A DNA stretch of 64,000 bases from a virus. The translations under genes were made by a program, and so were the position numbers. The stretch's first letter is position 1, and each line of letters starts with the position of its first letter. Shown piece after piece: positions 55,050-63,632 of this stretch. The stretch is taken from the IMG/VR virus record IMGVR_UViG_3300029999_000002, positions 1 through 64,000 of that record; one strand, given 5' to 3'. The notes under the pieces are model-generated. The model saw only the letters and a list, made by a program, of their open reading frames with translations. It did not search any database and was not told the DNA's origin.

Positions 55050-56213
55050 ATCGAACTGCAACCGTCTGTCCCCACCGTCACAGTCTTCGTCCGGCACCGC
55101 GAGAAGTGCGAATTTGCGGACGATGAGGCCTACAAACGCTGTCGCTGTCTAAAGCATCTACGCTGGTATCAGAACGGCCGGCTGATGCGAAGGAAGACAG
55201 GGACCCGCAGCTGGTCCCTGGCTGTGGAAGCTCAGATCAAAGTGACCAATCAGTTACTGGCTGCCGCCCGTCCGGACGCTGTAAAGGTCCAGGCGGATGA
55301 CGCGCGTGATATGAGGCGCACAGTTGATCTCTTCCTTGCTAACCGTAGGGCAGAGGGTGCTGGCAAAGAGACCATGAGCAAGTACGCCAGGGAACTCGAA
55401 CGCTTCGTGGTGTTCATGGGGAAGCGGAACAAGTTCTTTCCCTCTGAGGTCGACCGTGAGCTCCTGATTGAATACAGAGACTCCTGGGACGCCATCTATC
55501 CTGCTAGCATCACTCGGAGCTTGGTCCTGATGCGCCTGAACACACTGCTGGCCTTCTGTGTCCAGATGGGGGATCTCAGGGTTGTGCCCAAGCTGTCCAA
55601 GATCAAGGTCCACAGGGAGCCCACACAGCCTCTCGTAGACGGCCAGTATCCGGCGCTGCTGAAGGCTGTGGAGGCCATGGGCGTCACTGACAGCATCCCT
55701 ACGGCCAAGAGGCTTGCTGTGGTCAAGCTGATGCGCTGGGCAGGCCCCTCGATCACAGATGCCATCATGATGCGCAGAGACAGTCTCAAGTGGGTACCCA
55801 AGCAGAATGAGTACCAACTGACCTACATCCGGATAAAGACCAAGGTGCGCGTGTCGTTCCCCATCCCGAAGTCACTGGGTGACGAACTGATTGAGGCAGG
55901 CAAGTTGTCAGACAGTCCAACGTACCTGTTCCAGATGAAGCATGAAGAAGGAACCGGCCGTGGGTCCAAGAGGCGCTGGGTTGACTTCTTTGCTGCTGCC
56001 TTTGTGAAGGCTGGGCAGCCTGGAGGCCACAGTCATCAACTGAGGGACACGTTTGCAGTCGGGCTGCTGCTCAAGGAAGTGGCCCTGGAAGACGTGTCGA
56101 AGGCGCTGGGTCACAAGTCCATCGTGGTGACAGAGAAGTATTACTCACCTTGGATCGTGGCGAGGCAGAACCGGCTGGATGACAAGATCAGGGCATCTTG
56201 GGATATTGATTAA
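55050..56213 (+). CDS. int: tyrosine integrase (true start upstream of the annotated ATG 55185)
   Basis: HQLRDTFA, LGHKS, EKYY catalytic motifs; frame open from 55041 encoding VFVRH..KC......YKRCRC.KHLRW. Confidence 0.9.
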   Translation: MELQPSVPTVTVFVRHREKCEFADDEAYKRCRCLKHLRWYQNGRLMRRKTGTRSWSLAVEAQIKVTNQLLAAARPDAVKVQADDARDMRRTVDLFLANRRAEGAGKETMSKYARELERFVVFMGKRNKFFPSEVDRELLIEYRDSWDAIYPASITRSLVLMRLNTLLAFCVQMGDLRVVPKLSKIKVHREPTQPLVDGQYPALLKAVEAMGVTDSIPTAKRLAVVKLMRWAGPSITDAIMMRRDSLKWVPKQNEYQLTYIRIKTKVRVSFPIPKSLGDELIEAGKLSDSPTYLFQMKHEEGTGRGSKRRWVDFFAAAFVKAGQPGGHSHQLRDTFAVGLLLKEVALEDVSKALGHKSIVVTEKYYSPWIVARQNRLDDKIRASWDID

Positions 56214-56247
56214 TCCACAGGAAACAATCTGATACTCTTCAGCCTCA

Positions 56248-56321
56248 GGGCGAGTAGTTCAACTGGATAGAGCACGGATCTTCTAAGTCCAAGGTTGCAG
56301 GTTCAAGTCCTGCCTCGCCCA
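56248..56321 (+). tRNA. tRNA-Arg (anticodon TCT), CCA not encoded
   Basis: acceptor GGGCGAG/CTCGCCC, D arm AGTTCAACTGGATAGAGC, loop CT-TCT-AA, T arm GCAGG-TTCAAGT-CCTGC; followed by A-CTA. Confidence 0.95.
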
Positions 56322-56335
56322 CTAAACACAAGAAA

Positions 56336-56367
56336 GCCTCCCTGAACCAGCGGGAGGCGTTTATTTT
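56336..56367. terminator. terminator between convergent units
   Basis: GCCTCCC-TGAACCAGC-GGGAGGC with A-rich and T-rich flanks. Confidence 0.75.
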
Positions 56368-56380
56368 GCACACTGTGCGT

Positions 56381-56719
56381 TCAGGGTGTCACGGTATAGT
56401 GTACCTTGAGTGCCTCGAATACGACCCCGGCAACAGCCTTGGCCTCAGGACTGCGGAAATCAAAGTCAAGCTGACGCTGACCGAAGTGTCCCTGGTCGAT
56501 GACTGCCAGCGTCTCGAATCCCCTGCAGACAACCCAGGCGCCGGTCATGCAATCATACCCGCCCATCTCCCTGAACTCCATTGTGATCCCCTGGGAGTCA
56601 GCCACGCGCTTCTCGATGGCAGAGTAGTCCGTTAGATCCTTCCTCTTGTCAGCAGTGACTTCATCCCAGGTTTGGCCCATGAGGCCATCTGAGGATTGTG
56701 GTGGCTTCTTGTCGCTCAT
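56381..56719 (-). CDS. hypothetical protein
   Basis: 112 aa with its own promoter (nearly leaderless). Confidence 0.65.
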   Translation of the reverse strand: MSDKKPPQSSDGLMGQTWDEVTADKRKDLTDYSAIEKRVADSQGITMEFREMGGYDCMTGAWVVCRGFETLAVIDQGHFGQRQLDFDFRSPEAKAVAGVVFEALKVHYTVTP

Positions 56720-56725
56720 GTGCTC

Positions 56726-56773
56726 AGGATATGCATTGATTCCTACTGTGTCAAGGTAAATTTTACTGTATAG
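56726..56773 (-). promoter_or_regulatory. sigma70 promoter with ATRCAG box
   Basis: CTATACAG, 11 nt, TTGACA, 17 nt, TATCCT. Confidence 0.7.
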
Positions 56774-56821
56774 CTTAAATAAAAATGAGACCCCAGACTG
56801 TTCCCTGAGGTCTCCATGTTG

Positions 56822-57076
56822 CTACTTGCTTGATTTCTTCGCCGCTGCCCTCTTGTCGGCCCAGCGCTTCTTCATCATCTCTGCTATCCGCTTGCGACCC
56901 TCTGGTGTCATGCCTGATCTCTTCTTTGCTGCCTTGCGGGGAGCCCGTGTGACTTTGTGTCCAGAAGCTGACATTGAGTGAACAACTGAGGACGTGTTTG
57001 AGGCAAGGAGATCACGCGCCTGAGTGAGCCGTGCAATCTCAGCATTCAGTTCAAGGACTATTGAATCTGCGTTCAT
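56822..57076 (-). CDS. small basic DNA-binding (histone/nucleoid-like) protein
   Basis: N-terminal helix L.AEIARL.QAR.LL and C-terminal MTPEGRKRIAE..KKRWA; GGAGG RBS. Confidence 0.75.
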   Translation of the reverse strand: MNADSIVLELNAEIARLTQARDLLASNTSSVVHSMSASGHKVTRAPRKAAKKRSGMTPEGRKRIAEMMKKRWADKRAAAKKSSK

Positions 57077-57118
57077 GGTGTTCCTCCGTTAGTGCCTTAC
57101 CACTATAGCACTAGGAGG

Positions 57119-57564
57119 CTACTTCTTGGTGTCAGTGTGCTCCCACCATCCGCCTTCGGTGCTTGCCTGACAGCTATAGGCTTCTCCACGGTTGGTCAGG
57201 TAGAAGTCACCATAGGAACAGGGCGTAGCTGGATACGTGGTGGTCAGTACCGCAGTGACAGGTTGCTTCATCTCACTGATGCTGAACCTGATCCCAATGT
57301 AGAAGCCTGCCAGCACCGACCAGGCAACAATTGAGATCAGTACGGCAATACGGGAAGCTAGTCTCACTCTTCACCTCGGATCTTAGCCAGAGCCCGTGTG
57401 GCATCCGGCCCAACAAACATGTAGCTCTTTAGCAACCTCTTGAGAGCAAGGCGCTCAGCTGCGTCCAGGATGACACCGCCCCGTTCAATGACCGTTAGTA
57501 AGGCAATTCCTCGTGCCAGTGTGTCTCGGTCAGATTGGTGCAGCATTACAGTTAGATCCGGCAC
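57119..57564 (-). CDS. two small hypothetical ORFs (57119..57367 with TM helix, 57364..57564)
   Basis: overlapping start/stop codons. Confidence 0.55.
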
Positions 57565-57715
57565 GTGCCCTTCACTTTCTTGGTAACAGCCAGAGCATCC
57601 CTGAGCTCATCCAGGTCATCAGTCTTGAGGCTCTTTATGAATGCCTTTGCTGCCTTCTCGATACCTTGGAGACGCTTCAGTTCGTTCGACAATAATTCTT
57701 TCGCTGCTGCTGTCA

Positions 57716-59036
57716 TTACTTTCCTGCTTTCTTGATGAGAACTTTGTCGAACAAGTTGTTTTCACAACTGAGCCAGATAATGGAAGTTAGGACTGTGACC
57801 AAACCACCAATTCCTCCCAAGGTCACTGCCGCTATGAGATCGCCCACAGTGATGTCAGTGATTGTCCTTGTGGTGTAGAGCATTGAACTGAAACCAATCA
57901 GCCACCACAGGAGCCCAGCTAGAATCCAGATGATCATAGTGACCTCTTCTTTGCGATCACGATGTCAGGGAACGTTGCTTTGGTTAGTAGCCAGTACAGA
58001 CCAAACATAAGCATGACGGCCGGCCATGTAGCAATGAAGAGAACCACAAGGGGGCAGGTGGGCCAGCTTTACATCACTGTTCTCTGTCATCCAGTGGCGT
58101 GTGTATACACTCCCGATGCAGCCATATAGAGCGGAAAGTGTCCAGATAAAGATGTGGATCATCGCTGCCTCCCCTTGATGATCACCTTGTCCTCAATAAG
58201 AATGGAGAACACCACTCCTGTGGCTATCAGACCCATGATGCCAGCAAAGATGAGCACGGGGAGTTCATTACCGGTGACATCATCACCCTCAACCCAAAAC
58301 CAGTAGACCCACGTTGCAAATCCAATAAACCACCACGCTAGAGCAAACAAGATGAAAGGCAACACTATGCAACCTCCTGAACCAAATATGAATCACCACG
58401 AGTCAAAGCCAGCTTCGCCATTGGGATCAGGAAGGTGAGGTTGGGAATAGCATTGTCAGCAGTGATGCAGTCTGTGCTGTAGATGACAACCTGCTCGTCC
58501 GTGGTTGACTTCAGGGAGCGGATGGGTCCGACGGATGCAAAGAAGTCAACCCGGTAATCAGGGCCTTCGAGAATAGCCAGTTGGACCCATTGGAATATAG
58601 AAGTGTCCAGTCCTGTTTCCTCGCGGAACTCTCGAACCATAGCCTCAAAGGTTACTTCACCCTGCTCAACATGCCCACCAATCCCATTCAGTTTCCCAGC
58701 CTGCCAATCCGGCCGCTTCTTCTCAATGAGAGCAACGTGTTTCAACTCTGGGTCGAACATGAATCCTGCTACGTACAGTGTCTTACTCATGGCTCTCCAT
58801 CCAATCACAATCTGATTCTTGTACTGGGACTTCACTGGCAGCACGTAACCCAGCAAGATTGCAAAGACGGCAGCGAACAGGAGAGTTCCTATTCCGGCCA
58901 TGAACCCTACTGGACCCACAATGGCGAAAATAGTTGCGATCACTGCGCCGTAGAACAAATGAGCCAAAGTGACCCGCCTCAGGGTACAGATGATGCCGAA
59001 GATGAACAACGAGAGTACAATGAAAAATGTGATCAT
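57716..59036 (-). repeat. family of small two/three-TM proteins (57716..57937, 57934..58162 frameshifted, 58159..58365, ~58790..59036)
   Basis: shared TM1-D(V/I)T-TM2 layout and a basic end of the type (K/I)V(I/L)I(K/A/G). Confidence 0.6.
58365..58789 (-). CDS. Nudix hydrolase
   Basis: GGHVEQGE....AMVREFREETGL Nudix box; GGAG RBS before MSKTLYV. Confidence 0.9.
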
Positions 59037-59043
59037 AAGATCC

Positions 59044-60304
59044 TTAGAATTGAGCCCAGACCAGCGGCTTGGATTGTTGACTGCGTGAGACTTGCTGTGC
59101 ACCGCGCCGAGAAGAGTTGTGAACTTCCTCAATGATCTCTTCATCAGTTGAGTCATTGGTCAGGTGCTTGAGGGCATCTGCCAACTCCTGGTGCGTGTGG
59201 AGAGTCTCCCGATACTGAATGACTTCCACATTGGTGCAGCCGGCCTTGACTGTTGCCAGCGCTGTTCTCAGGGCTGCTGCATATTCGTTCCTGAAGATGA
59301 GAGATGTGTAGACTCGGCCGCAGAAGCGACCACGACTGTACTTGACGATGATGTTGCTGGGATCAAAGCGCTGCATGTCAGTCTCTTCTTGGGAACAGGT
59401 TGTTACTGCTCAATGTTCTTCGGTATTTCACCAATTTTGAGATAGTCCAAATCCACCAACTCATGCGCACAGTATGCGTTCTGTGTGTACTCAATTACCT
59501 TGTCCAACTCCTCACCCAATTCCTTCAGGTGTGGTGAGATACGGGTCCTCATGGTCTCCCAGATGTCCAGCAACTCAATGTAGAACTCGCCCCTGGTCAT
59601 CAACTGATTGGGATCAAGTGGCCCGTTGGTGTAGTCAATCTGAACCAGGAAGAAACTGAAGACATCCGTGCAGACTGATTCCAATGTCACATCGTCATCA
59701 GGTACGCGCCGGACGTGGTTCTGATCTGGGTACAGCGTTCCATTGTGCCAGCAGGGTCTGACTGTGATGTTGACCCTCTTGCCAATCTGAAGCTCTCTGG
59801 CGTTGCGGTGGAGAGCAGCACAGTTGACCTCCTTGGCAGCAGTCCGTGAGAGAACACCAGGTGCAATTGTGTTCAAGTCGTTAGGCTGCTCTGACATGTT
59901 CTGCCAACCAATCTGCATACTGTGCATCCAGCTTGCCTAACGTGTAGAGGGTTCCTGATTTGGTGAGGGCTGTGACCTTGTTGAACTCAATCACTCGACT
60001 GGTGTCCACATGGGTTCCGTCAACCTGCGTTGGGTGATCAGTCACGATCCCATTCAGGAACGACTTGGGTCCAGCTTCGGCAACGTACTCGAAGTATTCG
60101 CCACGGAGAGACCATTGCTCAAGATGTGCCATAAGCCTCCTTCAGTAGTGACACCATGCAACGGATGGCAAGCTTGTGAGCCTTGCGTTGGTTCTGGACT
60201 GGCAGCCCTCGGTATAGTTTGAGGAGCCGCCGAATGCTCTTGATCTCGTCTCGAACAGGTTTGGGCAGAGTGCTGCGCTGACGAGTGGGTACCGTTGTGA
60301 TCAT
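59044..60304 (-). CDS. four hypothetical ORFs (59044..59376, 59403..59897, 59881..60132, 60119..60304)
   Basis: co-oriented and closely packed; 59881..60132 has the G.V..HP...DG..V.TS......T.SG..Y.L motif common in phage proteins. Confidence 0.6.
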
Positions 60305-60328
60305 GGGGACTCCGGTGTGGTTACAGGG

Positions 60329-60808
60329 TTAGTTCTTGATAGGAGGTAATTCGTAATTGCCAAGCCCGAGAGCGACCAGTTGCCCAGCCTTGACCAGTTC
60401 AGACACCCGAGACGAGATACCATTCTTGGCAACATCTGGGAACGCAGCCTGAATATGAGATATGTGTGCAAAGCCAACACCTTCAAACCAGTCCAGGATT
60501 CTGCTCTTTGTGGTTGGTGCTGTGGGCAGGCTGAGTTCAGCTACGGCCACATGAGCAACAACTTCCTGTTCCCTGATCGTTGGCGCCAAGGCATCCTGAC
60601 CGTCAGTGAAGAACTCCTCCAGGCTGCCCCTGAAGACATATGTAGGAGACATCGGGTTGAACCTGTCATCATCTGTCTTCAGGGGCAGCGGCTTCTTGAA
60701 CAGGCCCGTCAGCCAAGCTGGTAACCCGAATGACTTCTTGATGCGCTCAATTCTGGGGGTGAGGAAATCGGGATCGGCCGAAGCCTGGATGGTGGGGATT
60801 GTGTGCAA
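60329..60808 (-). CDS. protein with C-terminal winged helix
   Basis: TKSRILDW......HIS.I...FP.V....ISSRVSELVKAG.L....G.YEL; TTG start with AGGAG RBS. Confidence 0.65.
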   Translation of the reverse strand: MHTIPTIQASADPDFLTPRIERIKKSFGLPAWLTGLFKKPLPLKTDDDRFNPMSPTYVFRGSLEEFFTDGQDALAPTIREQEVVAHVAVAELSLPTAPTTKSRILDWFEGVGFAHISHIQAAFPDVAKNGISSRVSELVKAGQLVALGLGNYELPPIKN

Positions 60809-60837
60809 TTGGTGCTCCTTGCTTGATGTCTGAATTG

Positions 60838-60885
60838 AGTGTATCGAATTGCTCACTGCATGTCAATGTATTTCATGCTGCATTT
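60838..60885 (-). promoter_or_regulatory. sigma70 promoter with ATRCAG box
   Basis: ATGCAG, 11 nt, TTGACA, 17 nt, TACACT. Confidence 0.7.
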
Positions 60886-60897
60886 ACCAGAGAGTCA

Positions 60898-62805
60898 TTA
60901 CTTGATGGGACAGGCTCCAGATGAGCACTCATCCGTATCCAGTAAGTCAGCCTCTGAAACCTCAACCGAATGGATAGGCTTGACACTGGCTGCCATCGTG
61001 TTGTACTGCTCCTCGGTGATCTCCTCGTAGGGAGCCTGGACGAACCCATGCTCCTGATAGAGCAGGAAGCTGACAGTCTTGACACCATCATTGAAGTTCT
61101 TCGCCAACCACTTCTGGATCTTCGGTAGCTCAGACTTCTTGTAGTAGACCGTGCATGAGACAGAGTTATCACTCCACTCAGTCTGCAGGCGCCTGACGAA
61201 CTCCAACTGGTCAATTGCTGTTACATCTTTCGCGCAGACTGTTCCCTCTGGATACCGAGATGGGAAGCTGACCACAACAGTGTTCTTGTCGTTGGTGCCA
61301 TCGAAGTTCTTCTGGAACTCGACTGGGTAGCCATTCTTCTTGCAGAGGTCTACAAGAGGGATATTGGCTGCCATACGGATGCGCCGGATGAAGAACATGC
61401 TGAACCCAGGATGGACACCTGGAGTCACACCTGGGAGCAGGCTGAGCGTTCCTGATGGCTTGCAGGTTGTGATCTTGATGGAGACAGGCCAATTGTGTGC
61501 GGCCGAATACTCCACGTCGAATGCCCTGAGCTCTGTGTAGACCTCAGAGAGCCACTGCTTCTTCTCTTCGCTAGCCTGAAGGTAGCCTGTGACACCTATG
61601 CCCATCCGCATGTTCTTGTGAACAATGGCAGCAGTCTCGGCCGAGTGCGAGGGCAGCGCCAGTGAATGCTTGTTTATCCGGTAGAGATACTTGGCAACCT
61701 TTAATAGCTCAGCCTTGCTATTAATGTTTGGCAGCACGATCTCAGCTAGGCAGCATGTCTCATAGTTCGCAAGACTCTGCTCACTGCAGGGGTTAAATAC
61801 CTCAACATCCGGATCTGGGTACTGCGTCTCACCAAGTCTGCCCACCTTTCGAGACAGACTAAGATTTATCAGGCCGTACGCCTCACCGTTGCCCAGGTAC
61901 CCTTCCCAGAACTCCTTGGGCAGCTTGCTGAAGTCATTGCAGACCACAGAGTTGTTCGACATCGCGCGCCAGTTGGGAATACCTGTAGGCACGCCGTCAA
62001 CAGTCCAGGTCTTTGCAGATAGGAACTGAAGATCATCCATGTCACCGATTGCGATCTGAGCAGAACGGCGAACATTTCCAGACACTACGACAAACCCAAT
62101 GATATTCATAATGTCGAGAGCATCAATCGTCCGGATGCGTTTTCCTGCGCGTGCGTTGAGCAGTTTGGAAATCTCTAGCATGCCCCACACGAGTTCTTCG
62201 GGTCCAGATGCAACACCACCGAACCCCTTGATGGTTGCACCCTTGCTCCGAATGCACACCGTGCTGAAGCTGAACCCTTTGCCACCAATGAAGTGGGCCT
62301 TGAGAACCTTGCCCAACAACCGCACCCAACCCTCGCGCGAATCGGGAACAATAAAGTCAGCGTCGTTCGTGTCCAGGCGTGTGATCTTGGCACGCTTCAC
62401 AACAGGAAGCTGATACACGTTCTCACGTTGAATGTTGTAGCCCACACCTGCACCCAGCATGAGGGCATCCATGGTCCAGGTAAACGGACGAACAGGCTCA
62501 TTCACAACAACCGCTGCGCAGTTCTGCAGTGAGAACATGCCTAGCTGGTCTACGGTCTTTGTTCCAAGCTGCCACAGGAAGCGGCCGGCTACGGAACCTT
62601 TGAGGTTCAGGAAGATTTCACGTAAGTCATCTTCTTCGGTAGGAGTGAATCCTACCTTGAGTTGTGTTCTGCATCCCTTAATGACCCGTTCAATGACCTG
62701 ATCGAATTCCTCTGTGGGACTGTTGGGTGTGTCCTTGAGTCGTCGCGCATATGTGCGCTTCATGGTGATATAGCCGGTGCTGCCAAAAGGTGTTACGTGT
62801 TTCAA
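60898..62805 (-). CDS. nrdJ: class II (adenosylcobalamin-dependent, monomeric RTPR-type) ribonucleotide reductase
   Basis: KRTYAR, GRFLW, LQNCA, GNVRRSA, NPCSEQ, KPSGTLS, DNSVSCTV, C-terminal C...ACPIK. Confidence 0.93.
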   Translation of the reverse strand: MKHVTPFGSTGYITMKRTYARRLKDTPNSPTEEFDQVIERVIKGCRTQLKVGFTPTEEDDLREIFLNLKGSVAGRFLWQLGTKTVDQLGMFSLQNCAAVVVNEPVRPFTWTMDALMLGAGVGYNIQRENVYQLPVVKRAKITRLDTNDADFIVPDSREGWVRLLGKVLKAHFIGGKGFSFSTVCIRSKGATIKGFGGVASGPEELVWGMLEISKLLNARAGKRIRTIDALDIMNIIGFVVVSGNVRRSAQIAIGDMDDLQFLSAKTWTVDGVPTGIPNWRAMSNNSVVCNDFSKLPKEFWEGYLGNGEAYGLINLSLSRKVGRLGETQYPDPDVEVFNPCSEQSLANYETCCLAEIVLPNINSKAELLKVAKYLYRINKHSLALPSHSAETAAIVHKNMRMGIGVTGYLQASEEKKQWLSEVYTELRAFDVEYSAAHNWPVSIKITTCKPSGTLSLLPGVTPGVHPGFSMFFIRRIRMAANIPLVDLCKKNGYPVEFQKNFDGTNDKNTVVVSFPSRYPEGTVCAKDVTAIDQLEFVRRLQTEWSDNSVSCTVYYKKSELPKIQKWLAKNFNDGVKTVSFLLYQEHGFVQAPYEEITEEQYNTMAASVKPIHSVEVSEADLLDTDECSSGACPIK

Positions 62806-62814
62806 ATTTGATTC

Positions 62815-63366
62815 CTATCTATTCGGTTGGTTCGCTTTGAACGAAGTTGAATGGTCCACTGACGCCCGCCGAGAACCTCTCTGCTGCCTCAAGAGCAATC
62901 GGATGTGCGCAACTGGGTCCAAGGTGGGATCAAGTGCAAACATCGCGCCCAGTGCCAAGTCCTGACCACAGCCAACTGCTGCATATGGCTGGGCCTGCAT
63001 AGCTACCTGGTAGTCTCCTTCGATCTCATATAGCTTGCCCCTGTACCCAACGAGGAACGTGCCACCCTCTTCCACCTCGTTACTCTTTGAGGCAAAACCT
63101 ACGTTCTTCAAGCACTCTCGAACGTTGTCGATGAAGCGTGTGACCATGAACGCGAAGTCATCCATTGATGCAGGATGCTCAGGTGTCTGCAGTTTGTGTT
63201 GAAGGATCTGCCCCATGCGGAATGAGGATGTGAATCCGATAACGAATGGGCCTCTCTTGAATACCTTTGGGTCCAGGCGGCTCTGAATTCTGTAGCCACC
63301 AACACCAGCGGAGTCACCACCTATATGGACGATGCCCTTCTCTACTACTCCTACAATGCAAGTCAT
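62815..63366 (-). CDS. Ntn-hydrolase (proteasome beta / HslV-like) with apparent frameshift near the 3' end
   Basis: MTCIVG...GGDS, FLVG, AVGCG...ALGA; ALEAAERFSAGVSGPF tail lies in another frame. Confidence 0.75.
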   Translation of the reverse strand: MTCIVGVVEKGIVHIGGDSAGVGGYRIQSRLDPKVFKRGPFVIGFTSSFRMGQILQHKLQTPEHPASMDDFAFMVTRFIDNVRECLKNVGFASKSNEVEEGGTFLVGYRGKLYEIEGDYQVAMQAQPYAAVGCGQDLALGAMFALDPTLDPVAHIRLLLRQQRGSRRASVDHSTSFKANQPNR

Positions 63367-63632
63367 TCTGCTCCTAAGTCTTCAAATTCGAGTTCAGGGT
63401 AGGCAACGAACTTCACATCCTTGAGTCCAGGAGTGAAATCAACTTCGCCTTCAACGTCATCAGGCTCTTGGATCTCTCTGCTCTCAAGAGGAATCTCCAG
63501 GGCCTGAAAGATGTCACTTGGGCTCAGGCTGTGACCATCTGCAACCTTAACACCGTTCAAGTAGAGAGCCTCCCAGTCGCCACTGCTGTTGCTGACTATT
63601 ACTGCGTTCGGGATAGGCATTATTGCTGACAT
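63363..63632 (-). CDS. acidic hypothetical protein
   Basis: GDWEALYLNG.....GHSL motif. Confidence 0.65.
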   Translation of the reverse strand: MSAIMPIPNAVIVSNSSGDWEALYLNGVKVADGHSLSPSDIFQALEIPLESREIQEPDDVEGEVDFTPGLKDVKFVAYPELEFEDLGAE

